Positions 1 to 19,500 of a stretch of DNA of 64,000 nucleotides are shown here, piece after piece; position 1 is the first letter of the stretch, and every line of letters begins with the position of its first letter. The notes beneath the pieces are model-generated. The model ran no database searches. It worked only from the letters and a program-made list of their open reading frames with translations, and was not told where the DNA came from. Source of the stretch: Ascidiella aspersa. Taxonomy: Eukaryota. The translations under genes and the position numbers were made by a program. Location of the stretch: positions 25,296,001-25,360,000 of the forward strand of contig OZ004611.1 in the NCBI GenBank assembly GCA_963924565.1, read 5' to 3'.

Positions 1-186
1 ACTGGTTTGTTTTTGTTTAAATATATATAATTTTTTTTCTAAATTGTGTAACAAACGTAGAAAGTTCACTGATGAGTGATGCTTTATTAACGAATGTAAA
101 TTTATTATGATTTTTTGAAGACAATATATTTATTGGTTTACTTACATATCGCTACTATTTCCCTGGCAAATTATCCTGTACCGCAG

Positions 187-4776
<4,590 letters not shown>

Positions 4777-6048
4777 AGCAGCGCGCGCACCGGCTGAAGT
4801 GATTAGGCGTTGCTGCCGAGTCTCTCTATCTAGAGCAGTGGTTCTCAATTTTTCTGCGGTTTGCGGCCCATTGAAATAACATTACAAAAAATCGCGTCGC
4901 TTGGTTTTATAATACATCGTTATGTGACAATAGAATTAAAATCTAACTTACCCTTATTACAGAATTCGCGACTTTTAATTGTAATCTAATTTAGGAAAAC
5001 AAAAATGATCTAATTCTAATCTATTTGGAAAAACTGGAATGCTCTAATTTTAATTATCATCTAATTTTAAAGACCTAAACTAAATCTAGTTGTCCAAGTG
5101 TTCCTATAGAGCAGAACGCGCACTGGCCAAGGCGTTTAGTCGTTGCTGCCGAGTCTCTAGAGCGGTGGTTCTCAAACTTTTCGGATCGCGGTCCATTAAA
5201 AAAGGTTAGAAAAAAATCCTGATGTTGCAATACATCGTTAACGATAGGTAGCCAACACGTCGATCGCGATCGACCGGTTGATCGCCACATTTCACCTGGT
5301 CGAGCGCGTCGAATATGTGCTACGTCATTAGTAGCTGTCGCACACAAGCGGAACATTGACCAATTGTTGTCTGCACAAGCATAATAAAGCATTCTTTAGC
5401 GTTACAAATAAAAGCTTGGTTATGACTTTTTTGCCAAACCAGTCGATCAGGAGTCTCTTAAAAACATTTCAGTCGACCGCAATCAAACCTGAGTTGTCTC
5501 CACCTGATATTTACCAATCAAATTAAAATATAACTTACCCTTATCACACGGAAATACAATATGTCAGTGGTCGGCAAACTTTTGTGTCGCAGCTCAAAAA
5601 ACTCAAGAGCTATTATAGGCCCACCACGTTAAAGGTGAAACCACCACAAGGGGCGAACTCAATATTTTATTTGCTATTAGGCTCATGAAAATTGCTAAGA
5701 TGACTTTACAAACTTACGTCATCAAGCACTGATATTCTCGAGCGAACTTTTGAACAGATAAGCAGCAACAATTCAGTCTTAATTAGGGGTTTTCGACTTT
5801 GAGTTTTATTGTTATTTTCTTAAATTAGAAAAAGCGAATCTCTCTCCTACTTTAGAATCTCTCGAGGCACAATGGTTTGCCGACCCACACAGCTTGGGAA
5901 CCACTGCCCTAGTGCTTTCTGATACCTATTTTTTGTTTCGAAACGCGTTATTTGATCCAAGCCGTTTGTTAAGTGAATAAGGTCAAATTAAGGCATGTGA
6001 TGGTAATTAAATATGAGTCAACTTTACAATATCCCATCGATATGTGAT

Positions 6049-6073
6049 TTGTTGTTGTTGTTGTTGTTGTTGT
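6049..6073. repeat. (TTG)n microsatellite
   Basis: About 8 TTG units. Confidence 0.9.
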
Positions 6074-7074
6074 TTACGTGATATGCAGCAAACTATTAAT
6101 TTGTTTTCCGATATCGAAACAAAACTATATGTGCTCGAAATTTCTCTGCTGGTGATTTGAAGTTAAATTTATTTTATCGGGGTTTTACGTACAGTGCTAG
6201 TAATACTGCAGTTTTTAAGTCCACGTTGTATAGTTGTCAAAAAGTTTGGTCGCTTCTTGTCTGACTAATAATGTATAGGGATATCAAATTTGGAACTTTT
6301 GAAACAACAAAAAATGTAATCATGTCACCAAACACTTTCTGAGCTTTATTCTGCGTTAATGTGTACACCCAAAGTAAAAAAGCGAACCACAACACTGTTT
6401 GCCACCTTTGGCTGGTTTACTTAATTAAATATTTCATGCTCTGCTGTGACTTTTTTGAAACAGATTTCTTTCAGCGCCTTATCTTCAATATTGAATACAA
6501 CAATCTACTACAAGTTGCTATAGCGTTCAGGTTTACTAAACATTTTTTCAACATGTACGTTTGAGTTTAATCAATAAAAATCTAAATTGTTTTGAGTAAA
6601 ACACAGCAATTACGAAACTTTGCTCTAACAAGATGGCGTCGTAGCTTTTGTTGTACATGTACTGTGTGCGGAAAGTTTGTCGCAGCATATAAACTCGACT
6701 TTTTGATTGTATTGCGCTCTTCTGATTTAATGAACTGCAAAAAATTTTTCGGATTTTTTTACAACTTTGTAGTGTTTCTGTTGCATTTTTCTCTATTCGT
6801 TTTCTAAACGTTTGTTTGGAAATCCCTACTATTTTCCAAAGTAATTTCTGTTTTCATTTTAAAATCAGTTTATTATTCATTTTGTTTAATTAATTTTCTG
6901 TTTTTAGGGCTAGGTTTTAATATGTTTTAAAGAGTAGTGATTTACAACGGCCCACTTAAATGTAGTTAAGCTACAAATACTTATTATTATTGTTATTTTT
7001 AAATGTGTTTCTTTTCTTAATTTCACGTGATGTTGGCTGTGAATAAAGTTTCATCTGACAACTTATTAATCAAA

Positions 7075-7680
7075 AGTGTTGTATTGACTCAAGTCAATGA
7101 ATGACATTACTCTTTTGAAAAAAATCCTTAACTTGGACTTAAGTCATTGAGTCAAATGACTTGGCTTGAAATGAAGTGTATATATTTAACATTTTACTAT
7201 AAATATACTTTTCTCAATTTTTGTCCGACTTCGGCCAAATAATAAAACCGAATCCGACTCCAGCCAAATGTGCGATTTTGTCGGGTCCTGAGTCTATCAA
7301 ATACTCTACTACAGCCTGTATTTCACCTATTTACGTAGACTATAACTAAAATAACGTGGAGAGTAAGCAATCCACTCATAGGGGTGTCATCCACCCACAA
7401 AACATGGTTGGCAAATATTCCGCCATTTGTTAAAACTTAATACACAATACAGTTTGCCGAAATTTGGTACTGCACATGTACTCGGGTAGTTTTACGTAGG
7501 CTTACCCGAGTCAGACTCCGCAGCCCTGGCTCTAATTATGACTTCACTTTGGTAGCTGATGACTTGGACTGGGACTTGGCTTGTTATTTTTTTAAAAGAC
7601 TTGACTTGGAATGAAGGCATTTCACAAATGACTTAACTGAGACTTAAGTTATTTAAAAAGAACTTGTTTACAGCACTGCT
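7075..7680. mobile_element. GACTT-repeat MITE (hAT-like) with a nested second element at ~7220-7530
   Basis: Ends agtgttgt...acagcactg with dense (GACTT)n. The nested part matches 48627-48924. Confidence 0.65.
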
Positions 7681-8473
7681 AACCAACCCACATGATACCC
7701 GGGATACACTTGTATTTTTTTGGAAAAGTGTAAATTTTCTTACCGTACAAAACACTCTTTATTAATTTTCTGACATATTTTTTGTCTAAAATATGTGATT
7801 CTGTCCAACCCAAAAATTGTGTCTACCATCTATAAATCATTCCTCTTAATACCCTTGAAGGACAAATTAAAACGATTAACAAAAACAAAACACGTAAAAT
7901 GATGAATAAAAAAGCTGTAGGCCTACCGGTACTAGAAGTACACCACAAAAACAACCCTTCACTAAGTGCTATTTTTTGTGTTTCAGAATTTACTTTAGAA
8001 GGGTTGCTAGCAGTTGTGAAAAATTTATTAGTAGAATTCAGTAAATTTATTAGTAAATTTCTTCATTAGTATAGGCCTAGAAGTAAACGCCCAGGAAATT
8101 TATTGAAAAAACTCTTTAGCGCCCTCGTTGATTTTTATCAGGTTTGCTCAAAACGAAAATACTTTTAGTCAATTTCAAGTAAAAATTTAGTAAATTAATG
8201 TAGACGAGTCCCTTAACTTATGTTGGCAGGTCACTTTGTTGGCGTCGTTTGTTAAAGAAAAACTTCAAAAACAGTATTTTAAAGCAGTGATTTTCAACCA
8301 GGAACATCGAAAACGTATGCTGCGTAACCCTGAATTGAGTACTCAGCATTAGGCCACGGGACTGTTCCCAATCACAATTACCTTTTATTACGAAATATAG
8401 CCGTACTGTCATGACACAAAATATTCAGCTGGTAAAGCTTTGCGACTGTAAAAATACAGTAGAATAATCTAAA

Positions 8474-11400
8474 ATGAACGCCTCTGCTTATAGTAACGGC
8501 AGTAGATATGTAACAGTTTATCGTCCGAAGCACCCACTACAAAGAGACAGTTGTCCTGTCATACTAGCTATCGTACTTAGTTTGGTCTGTATGTTAGCTT
8601 GGATGAAAGGCGACAAACTGAAGAATGGCTACATTGGTGAGCTACTTTGTTCTTGTTCGCAATTTTTCATGGCGTCTTAATATTTTTAGAAACTCATATA
8701 GTTCCTATAAAAGTCTGTGATAAGATAATAAGTAAATTGTTAATGAGAAATGTTGCATAAAAGCCCTTTTTAAGTCTTATATTTGCATTGTTTGCTAAGA
8801 TGTCAACCCATACCCTTTTTTATTATTAAAGCAAAAACGTTAATACCTTTTTTATTGTTTAAAGCAAAAACGTTTTAATTTTTTCAGCAATGCTGTTCTT
8901 CGCTGCCATATTTATATGGGCTGTCCTGACACTGCTCTTCTTTTTCTGCTGCCGATCACGTAGGTACGGTTTAAGCTTTATTAATCTAATTATGTAGTGC
9001 TACTGCTACAAACTTAAAAATACAATATGTCTTGTAGCAAATTTTTTTATAAAAAAGTTTTGGGTTTTATTGTGTATTAAAATTGTATTTATATTTGTGT
9101 TTAAGCATTAAAAAATTTGGTTGAACATATTGAATTGAATATATGGCCCCCTGAAAGTTCATAACCTTATAGAATATAATTGAACTAAGCCTACTTATAT
9201 TAATAGCCTATAAAATGTGAGTGCAGTTTTTAGTGCCTTTTTACGACATAAGGCAGATCCTGGGAGGAGGAATCAGTCTATTACGCCCCTTACTATATTT
9301 TTGCCAGCTTTCACGTAAATACAAAAAAACGAACTTCTGAAGGCTGCATTTATACTAAGATTTTGTTCTGTTTTAAGAAAATCTATTCAGCCCAAAGACC
9401 CCGTGGATACTATGACATGTTACGCCGTGTGAACTTATAAACTCTATAAAAGTGCAATTTTCCTAAGTTAAACTATCAATACTGTTATATCAAGTAATAT
9501 GCGAATCTCTTTTATGCGCCTAATGTACCACGTAGTCTTTTGCCAATTCAAACCAAACTAACCCAATTTTTTACGCTCTTCGCGTGATTAGACTGGATTT
9601 AGCAACCATTCACACACGAGATCGCCCAAGCAAATCAATTGTTTTATAGCATCACGACATGACGTCTCTGTGGCGTCATCCCTACAAAAATGTCATGACC
9701 TCCCTTTCGAAACAAAAATCCGCCCCTGCATATAAATATATGTAACCTTTCTTTAACTGTGCGCAAATGACGGTCTTACACGGAAAAATGCCCCTTTCTA
9801 ATGTTTTAAAATACAATCTTTTTGTGGTCCATTTATCCGATTCCGAATTTCAGCACGCCCAATGTTAGCCAATGCCCTTTTTTTGCTTTACCGTTAGATA
9901 CGATGACATCGACAGTGATTTAACCAATGTCGATTCCCGTGAAGATTTTGCGATCCTAAGCGGCCCGGGCATATTTCCCCATGAACGGATGGCAGTCAGG
10001 TCAAGGTAAGTAACCTGTTTTTTAAATCAGGGCAATGACGTCAAATTAAATTGAGTCCGAGATATGTCATTTGCATTCAATACAACAAGCAAAGACAGTC
10101 GAATCACGGTTTTAAACCAAAGCTTAAATTTCATGTGTATTGGTTATATCGAGGTTTGTTCGTTGTTTAATTTATTATTCACTTATCAACGAAAACACTA
10201 GGACAGGGGTGGCCAACCAGTCAGCTAACAAAAGCGGCATTTGTTACTTGGTTAACCACAAAGAGCCGCATCTTACACCCATGGAACGAAAAGAATAGTC
10301 TATCACTCTATTTCTGTCTTACCTCGACAAACCGTGAAAAAGAGTGCCTTTATTCGTAAATAGACAAATATTTAATTTAGAAGGAGACGCGACGCATTGG
10401 ATAAAAACATGCACATTTCTCAATATAATGTCATTTATCAAAATGACTTAAACAAATAACTTGAGGGTAAGTGACCCACAGCTGTATGGCTGCACAGAAA
10501 CCCAGTTTATTATGTTTAGAAAATGTTACTATAACAATACAGGCAACCAGTCCGATTTGGGACCGACAACAAAAATAACTTTGCAATACAAAATCGACAC
10601 ATTTTCAAAACATCCCAAATGCAAGATGACAAAAAGAGCCGCAGAAAAGTGGTTAAAGGGCCGCATGTGGCTGGCGAGCTACTGCGTTGAAAAAGTTTGA
10701 CAGGCTGTCATAATTCTAAAATGTCGTTCTTCAAGAATGTTTGTAATTTAATTTCAAAAGAAATCTTTTAACATATATGTAAAACACCAGCTCATTAGGT
10801 AATGTTTGACTACCATAACAGGAATGTAAAAGACAAGTCGTTATCTTTCATAAATCACGATCCAACAAAATTATGATAAGTTTGGCATGCCTTCTTGAAA
10901 AACAAATTGCTTTAAATACAACTATTCTCCAAATTTTATTGCGCGCTGTCAATAAGAAGATACGGTACCATAAAATCATCAGCTCGCCTGTGGATACTGC
11001 ATTTGTGTTCAAGTCTGACATGGTGACCTGCAATTTGTAACACGAATAAGTTATTTGGCAAAATAACGATTCGCGGCTTACTTAATAATCTATCGAGGTA
11101 CACTGGTTTACTGCTATACGCAGATTTGGAATCACTGATTTTTATAACTTAATTTCACATGCGCTCATGGACTTTACTGCGGCCACGTCCAGTTGAATTA
11201 CTTGTTTTATTTTGCCACCATTTTGACGTAAATTGGGACGATATTTTGAAAAAGACTCGTAGCCCTCAAAGCACAATGTCCTAGTTTGCCATTGATGGGC
11301 AGTTTTATTTAAAAATCAATTTAATAGGTGTTAAACCGAACATATCGCTTTTTAACTTACCCAAGTGGTTAAAATTAGGGAAGCGGTCCGGATCCGGTAA

Positions 11401-11813
11401 AAAGTATATGCATATAAAAAAATAAAAAAGTATATATCTCAGTTTTCTTAAGGTTACCTGTTGGAAACGTCCCATAATGACGTACCTTTGGGGCGTAATC
11501 TCTGAAAATTTTCTTGCGTATCGGTAGAAAAACAAACTAATCGTTTCGATAAGAAAATTATTCTACTTTTATCCCTCTCACCCCAAATTGCCGATTCCTT
11601 ACTGCACATTAGTCAATGCAAGTCCACGTGTTACTCAGATTACCGCCAGTGGGGGCGAGAGAGCGTCAGCAGGTCATCGTCACGGTTGACAAGCCACCGA
11701 GCTACGAGAAGTTGGAATTCAACCCGGTCGTTCAAATTTCCTCTGACGCCAGCGGCAGCAGCGCCTCTAGCGGTTCTTCTCCGCCTTCTTATGACCGCGT
11801 CACCGAAGTTTGA
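8474..11813 (+). CDS. Small two-TM membrane protein (173 aa) with two PPxY motifs and a class I PDZ-binding end
   Basis: Exons 8474-8636, 8888-8963, 9898-10005 and 11639-11813 join in frame (522 nt). Hydrophobic segments are VILAIVLSLVCMLAW and IAMLFFAAIFIWAVLTLLFFFCC. The tail has KPPSYE, SPPSYD and ends VTEV. Confidence 0.75.
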
Positions 11814-12269
11814 TTTCTGTGTTAACCTCGCTATACATTTAATCGACGATAAAAAACGCTTCATCGAATGACGAAACCTTGCGATATTGAATAAACACGA
11901 AAACGCAAAACATTGGTTTTATAATCCTAGGCCTATAGGCCCATATGCACAATAATCGTTATTAAACTAAAACATAGAGCTTACTAGACTTGTGGTATCA
12001 ACCTGTCAGGTTATACAATACTTAGATTTTGATCACAACAAATTATTTTAAAACTTTAGATTGCCCTACCCTTGCTAATGCTAGGAATGTCGGATATTGC
12101 GGGTTGTTTTTCGAGAAGAAATCAGTTGTGATACAATAACAGTGCTCTTTCCTACTGGTAAATTATTAAATTAGGAACTATTAATTTAAGTAGTGTCCTC
12201 TTCTTTAGCGATGCTATAATTGCCCTACACATATTAGCAAAGATATAGCAAACAAGAAGTATTTTATCG

Positions 12270-12430
12270 TATTTGTACATTCCTAACCAAAGCAGAGAAA
12301 CCTGCAATTGCTTTTCCGGTGACAGGCTCGTGCCAACACCGGACTCACACTCAGGGGCATTTAGCATATTTAAAAAGTCGCCAGAGGCCAGGTCACCCCT
12401 GTTCTGGAACCTTCGCTTAATCCGCAAACC
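12270..12430 (-). mobile_element. Possible degenerate PIF/Harbinger transposase fragment
   Basis: LSPEKQLQVSLLWLG resembles the HTH region of HARBI1/DDE_Tnp4 transposases. No further motifs found. Confidence 0.3.
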
Positions 12431-15400
12431 CGACTGCGGATGCGGTGCTTGCTTGGCTGCCGGATTACAGAACGCGTATTATCAGGTCTAGGGGTCCACG
12501 CGGGAACCTTTGTTTCCACGCTTTATATTCTTGTAAACGTTTGATTTGATATAAAAAAGATGGTCAGATGTGCGCTTGTGTTTCAGTTAAAATGGAACCG
12601 CTTGGCAATGGATTATACGCTTGAAATATTCTCGTTTAATAGGCGCTTGTTTTGTTCTAATTAGTTTTGTAATAGATTTGCTGGTGGTGGTTACTTTTAG
12701 GTAAAAATGAAACCTTTTGCAGAGGAAATAATGTAGGCGATATATTCTCGTTTGTCAGCGCTTGACTATTTACTTAAGAAGGAATTGCCACTGTATCTGT
12801 ACATGGCTTTTAGAAAGGGTTTAACTGAGATATGATTAGTTTGGAAGTAGCATCGCAATTTTTAGAAGGCTGTGAAGCTAACTGATTGCAATATCTATTT
12901 ACTTTTAGCCTTTGACACGTACACACACTAAAGGTTCATCGGACGTTGGCTGATTTCGGCAAGTTTTGCGAAGACATCCGGTAAACTTTTAGCCAATCAA
13001 AGAAAATTTGTGAAATAGAACCTGTGTAGTATTAAAGTCCGAACGCGTTTGCAAATCCGAACTAAATGTTACAAAAACGTCATGATATAACTTTTGTCGA
13101 TTTAGGTTTGTTACCTAAGGTTGGGATGTGAATTTATCTCTTTTACAGACCACTATAAAAGTCAATTAAACTGCCAAAGACGCCGATATTTGTTGCTAGC
13201 TGTATGAATGAAGTATGAAAATTTACACCAGTTGCAGTTGTGTAATAAGGGCAGACGTTAAAAGTAATCAGCCATCCAACCAAATCATAAAACGTCATTA
13301 AAAGTTTACGACATGCAAATGATAAGTCAAGAAGACACGGAAACCGTCCTAATTCTTCCCTCGTAAAATGCCCTCACTCGCTCCTTTTTGCCCGTGGCAT
13401 CTTTTCCTTTTACTTATTGTTTAATTGTGTATTTCCAGAGGCCCTTTCGTTTCGTACGCCAGACCAGAAATGTGGCGTTTATGTTTAGTCTTTTTTTAAT
13501 TTTATTGTTTTAAAGGAGCTTGTTTATGGCAAATCAAAGACGCATTTCGCTCAGAAATTAGGTAAACAGTAAATCACGTACAGTTTATATTTTGTACCAT
13601 TTTGAGCCCGATTTGAAAGGATCTACTTGTATAAGGCATAATCTGAAGAAGTTGTTTTTTACATTTTGGCACAGTTTATTTTCTTGAAAGCTAAGAACTG
13701 CTAATGTTATATTGAAATCCAACAATTGAAGCGTTCGAACGGTATTTTGCATATTAGGTATTTTTCAAATACGATGCAGTGAAGTTCGCCACAACTATTT
13801 ATCCAAACAAAATGTTATGGTCAACTTGTGTATAGCGTTTAAAAAAATTATTTGTAAATGATTTTTCACGTTCCGTTAAAGCGGTATTGCAAAATGCTAG
13901 ACTAGAGCAAAAACTTTATGACAGACCAGAAATTAAAGGCAAAAAAACATCGCACAAATTTCTCGTTTAAAAGTATTTTGCATCTCCACTCTCGACACAA
14001 AAAGGCTCGAGCGGCCACGCTTTCGGAAATTTTTCACTTGTGCTAAATGCACGACATATTTACAAGCAATTGGTCCGGGTCTGTGCCGAGCTGATCGGAA
14101 ACAATCCAGTTCCAGAGTCGAGAGCGGTGCCTGGGACAAATTAACAGATGACTTTGCGCGAAGTCGCTGGAAAACCTTTTCATTGAAGCCAGCAGCAAAT
14201 AAGAGTTTATTTCCAGAAGGTCCAGATTCGAGCTAACGTGCAAGGTCGCGGCAATTTGGCAGCGCTTTTGGCTCTAGTTTGCGTGGAAATCGGCAATTGT
14301 GGCAAATTTGCTGCCTACGTAAAGCAACTATAGTTCATTCATTAGGGTTTCTGGCCCACAATAAACAGTTGAAGGCCGCTTTGGAAGTCTTACACCTAAC
14401 TGTGTTGGACTGTGCAATAGGTAACACCTCGTTCCCCCATAGGTTCTAACGGCTTGGTTTGAGAGTAAGATCTACGGAAAAGTAAATGTTAGTTATGTTG
14501 TCTACATAGCGTATCCTCCTGCATAACGATATAGTTTAGTAGTAAAACACGCAAAATTAACGTTTAAGAGACGTTTAAGACGTTTAAGCTTGTCGTAGAT
14601 TTCAAACTAAGATCAGCACGTTTTTCAAGGCTATATTCGCCTTCTTGCCGAATTGCATGTATATGCTGCGTATTACAATAAAGCCAATTGAGAGGTTAGG
14701 AACGAATTGCAGGAACTGCAGCTCTAGTCAGAATTCCATTCAGAAATATTCGAGTAGACGTAAATAGCATTTTCGTGTACTGTCAATTGCGAGCTGGTGA
14801 CTAGCACAGGGTAGCACAAAAACGACTGTGACCCGAGAATTCGAAGGACTTTGATACCAATAAGCTAGGTTTGATGCTTGAATGACGAACCAGAGTGTGT
14901 AGTTTTGGCAATGCAGTTTGTTGGAATTTTGTGAACAAATTAGGAAAGCTTAAATAGAAATATATATTACTTGCAATTTTAAGTAGACAGCGCCAAAAAT
15001 GAAATAGATTCTCTTACCTAAAGTTTAAATCGTGATGGAAAAACATGGATGATAAACAACTCACATATTTTACATTATCTTTCGGCGCTGCTAATTCACC
15101 CCACAGTTATATAAAGTGCCAGCAGCTATGAGGACTACAAAATACAAACTTGCAAGTATGTTTTTACGAAAAAGCGGTCTATTTTATACGAAATACCGGT
15201 CAAATAAAATTAGAGCTCGCTTCGTCGCCAGGTGCGCCGCTAGGTTTTTAGATTACAAGTGCGCCGTGAGGCAAAAAAGATTAGGAAACAGTGGGTTAGA
15301 CATTTGCATATTAAAGGCCAAAAAAATACATTTTTTAGACATGAAAAAAATACTTTAGCCTTCTATGTGACTACTATTAATCTCATTAAAAAACAACGCA

Positions 15401-16536
15401 AACATTTAAAAAAGTATTTTCCTTATCTTAAATATAACAAATTTTCAACATGCTTTTAACGGGACGATTTTTCGGCTCTTAAACATCAGATTGAAACTAA
15501 AATTAGATCATTTCAGTTTTCCTAAATTCGATCAGAATTACCGAAGTCACAAAAACCTAGTTTTAAAGTAAAATCTGACCTGATAGAATCGCTTTTCCGA
15601 AAGTTGAAGAACAGAAAACCAAGATTGGGCCTTATGGCTAAAAATTTGTTCCGATTAAAAACTCGCCGTTAGAAAAAGTAGCGTATTTCAAAAAACGAAA
15701 GTTAGATTGGAAATTAAATTAGCATCGTGACACACATGTGATCCACAAATCACACTACAATGAGAATTAGCCACACATCGCGATGTAATTCGTTCAACTA
15801 GAAAACAACAACTATCTAGTTGTCCAAGTCAGCCACCCTTGCCCCGAAGTGGGTTTACCGCGTCAAAGCGTTGAGTTTCTTTTATTTTTTGTAGAATGTG
15901 TTTCTGCGTGGCACCAAGTTGGGTTGGAATCAATGCAGGAAACTATTTTGTCCGAACGCTTCCCAAATAACAAACTACTTGTGCTTGATCCGTGCAACAG
16001 AGTGGGGTACTACTGTACAGTCTCCCGGTAGTCCCGCGCACCACACATGACGACCTGTTTACTATAAAACTGTTCCTTGGGTAGTTTGCCTGCAAACATG
16101 GGCAGGAATTTTTTATGAAGTGTACTGTTTTACATTTTGCCTTTTTACACCAAGCATCCATGTAAGCTGTTTAAGTAAACATTTATTTGGTGGTAATATA
16201 TCAAACATATATTATGCATAAGTTGATAAAAAAAAACCTTTAAAGCAATTTTTGAGATTTGCAAAATAAAAAAATACACTAAAAAACAACGTTTTTTTTA
16301 CATTTTCGCTGATAAAACAACTTGGATTAGCAATAATTTTTTTGTTTGACATGCCGGTTGTTTTATGCCTTTATGCGTAACAAAGGGCGAGTGGCATCGT
16401 TTAAATCCCCACAAAAACTTGGGCTTATATTCCATTAGTTACAACGGAACGTGTATTTAATTGTCATTTGTTTTTCACGCAGAATTTGTTTTATGGCGTA
16501 ACAAAGTCCAAGCTGCATTGTTTAAATTACTCAAGA

Positions 16537-19500
16537 ATGTCGTGCCGCGATTTTTTCGCGTTTCTGAGGATACTTGTTTTGTTTCTTTCCGCCAACCTGG
16601 CGTTATCGCTTAACGCAACCTCCAACGTCACTTCTATGACGAATACGTCATCTATGATGACGACGATGCCTATGATGACGTCGAAGATGACAACGTCATC
16701 ACCACAGTCCACGGCCATGGACAATACGACAAGTACGTACCACGACGTTAAAGATGGTTCTGCTTAAATCCTAATTCATTTTTTGGACATATTTTAGCTT
16801 GTTTTGAAAAATCCAAACATTCGAGATGGCATTTTTTCTGTAGTTTAAGTAACATCGAAAGTTAAACAAGATTAAATAACACAACACAATTTTTTTGTTA
16901 AGAGTACGTCTGTTTGAAACAAGTCTTGTGTCCGCCCCCGATTACAACTGTAACAGATTTGTTCGGATTAAAATAATTTCACTTATCTTTATAATGTTTC
17001 AACAATTTTAACAAATTAGGTTATTTACGGCACGGCTGCAGTTGCCTACCGAAACAAACAAGCAAAGTCATCTTTCTGTCGTGATTTGAGAGACAGTATA
17101 ACATTAGATTGCAAATTGTTTTGCAGTTATTTATACGATTGGTGGCAATGCCGGTGGCGACCCGTGTTTATTTCCCTTTACATTTATGGGTGTAAGCTAC
17201 AGCACTTGTACAACTGCTGGTCGCTCCGACAATTTGCAATGGTGTGCGACAACCTCGAACTACGCGAAAGATTATATTTGGGGAATTTGCCCGAAACCGG
17301 GTAAGTTTGAATTTTTAGTTGATTGCTAGACCTAAACAAAAATCGGTATAAAAGCTCTAAATGCAACCTTTGCTTGTTAGTTTACTGTAACATTAAAAAC
17401 TATAGTATTTTACACTAGCTGGGCCAGGTGCGGATCCAGGAATTTCGTTTGGGAGGTGGGAAACGAAACAAAACACAGGTGGCGTGACAAACTTACGTCG
17501 GAACTTAACGTCACAACTTTACATGACGTCATAAAGATACTTTCAAACCAAAAGCTAACACACGAAGGTGTTAGCGATTCACACAAAGCGAAATAATTGT
17601 CTTTTGTTTCGCTTAAGTTGCCAATTTTTTTTCGATGTTTTGATGAGACACCGCACGAACCCTTTCGGCTTAAACATTTTTACCCAATTGGTGGGTCATG
17701 GATACTTCCCTCCCCCCTAGACCCCCCCTGGGTTGAGCATACATAAACGCAAATTGAGTTCTCAACCTAGGCCCTCAACTCCCCTATCACAAAGCAATCT
17801 CGGAGTGGGTTGCACGAACATATAGATTTGGTTATTAGGCAGTTTAATTCAAATTTGTGTTTTTTTATTATAACTTTAGGGACTTCCCTTGTTTCGTTCC
17901 GCCATGTATTTATTCTGAAATATGAACAGGGGGGCACAAAGTGGTAAGAGCCCATGGCAAAGGGGCCACAAATCTAGAAAAATTGAGAACCACTCTAAAA
18001 TAGGCTATAATTCAAAAGGAACATTTTTTCGCCCATTATTTTAAACGTCCTCAACACGAATATAAAGAAGGAAATGTATTACCCTTGTTTTCGATAAGAT
18101 GTTTAATCTTTAGTAGCCCAACAGTTGATTGTATTGAACCGCTGCGTCCTGTATTTATTACCAACGCCGTTTTTGCAGTTGACGGTTGTGGAGAATTTTG
18201 GTTCGAGGGACAGTTTGGAAAATATTGCTACCAGTTTAACTTACAATCCGCCCTGACGTGGGTCCAAGCCAGAGATGCATGCCGCCAACAAAACGCAGAT
18301 CTTCTGAGCATTGAAAGTCCAATGGAACAGGGTTGGATTGCCGGTAATTAGGATTCACTAAAATTTGCCTGAACTATTAGACCGGTTCTTTAATAACTGA
18401 CTCAAATTTTATAGTTTTTTGCTTAATTTATAAACACTGCAGCTCAAAATGTTTATTAATATCAACTACTTGACATTTGCCGTAAAAAAATTCGACGATT
18501 AAAATACTTGGAGTTTCATGTTTTGATCACATTATTTCCTGTCGATTGGTTCGTATTGCTTGTTTGTTCACTATAATTTGTTTTATTTCAAATTTTTTAG
18601 CTTAAACCTCTACCTTGCGCAACACTAAAAATTTGCTACAAACTTTCTGCAAAACAGTCGTTTCATAACTTGTCAATAGCCCTTAATAAACAAAATACTT
18701 CGCAAGACAACTAGTAAATGTCATAGTATTTAAGCATAGTGTGCATGTAAGTCTAACAATAACAAGCTATTTGTAGTAAGAGTAGCTCATTTGCTAAGGT
18801 TACAAAATGTTTGGCGGCACATATATAAAAGTTATATCACTTGTCTATATCTTGCAGGTCGTATCAGCATCGTTACCACGGTAATGTGGCTTGGAATGAG
18901 CGATATCACTGTGGAAGGGAATTGGGCTTGGAGCGACGGAAAGCCCCTAACGTATTTAAACTGGCGAGAAGGTAAACAGCTCATTGGATTTAAAACCTTA
19001 CCAGACGAATCACGTGATTTAAAGTTTATAAAATTATGGCGCTAAAGAAATTTATGGATGTATTTTTACTGAATACGGTTATATTTTTGAAACTTTTAGT
19101 TGTTCGCTAAGTGTATTTTTAGCAAAGAAGTGTGCAAGTCCCACTTGTAGCATATTTGCATGTCTGTATCTACCTGATATCCAGATGTAAGCTAAGTAAT
19201 TATTTTGTAATAGTTATAAACCAAAATCACAGGTATTTTGTTTTAGATCAGTTGGGTTTGAGTGTATAGGTTATTAATTTTTAAGCCAAAAATATGTTAA
19301 AGCTATCTTTATTGGCAGAACCCTAACTTTTTTGCCCTTTCTAAAGGACAACCTAACAGCTATGGTGGCAATGAGGATTGTGGTGCAATTATCACAAGAA
19401 ATGGTTTATGGGGAGACACACCTTGTTCAAGACATCTCAGTTTTATATGCAAAAAATTAGGTAGGCCACCATGTTAAGGTTACAGAACAACTATGTGTTT

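Noticed and set aside
69-95. CTGATGA as a hammerhead or C/D box motif
   Set aside because: No stem II or GAAA partner follows it.
14000-14320. GC-richer intergenic patch as an exon or RNA gene
   Set aside because: No convincing splice pair, protein motif or RNA structure. It may be regulatory, but that is unsupported.
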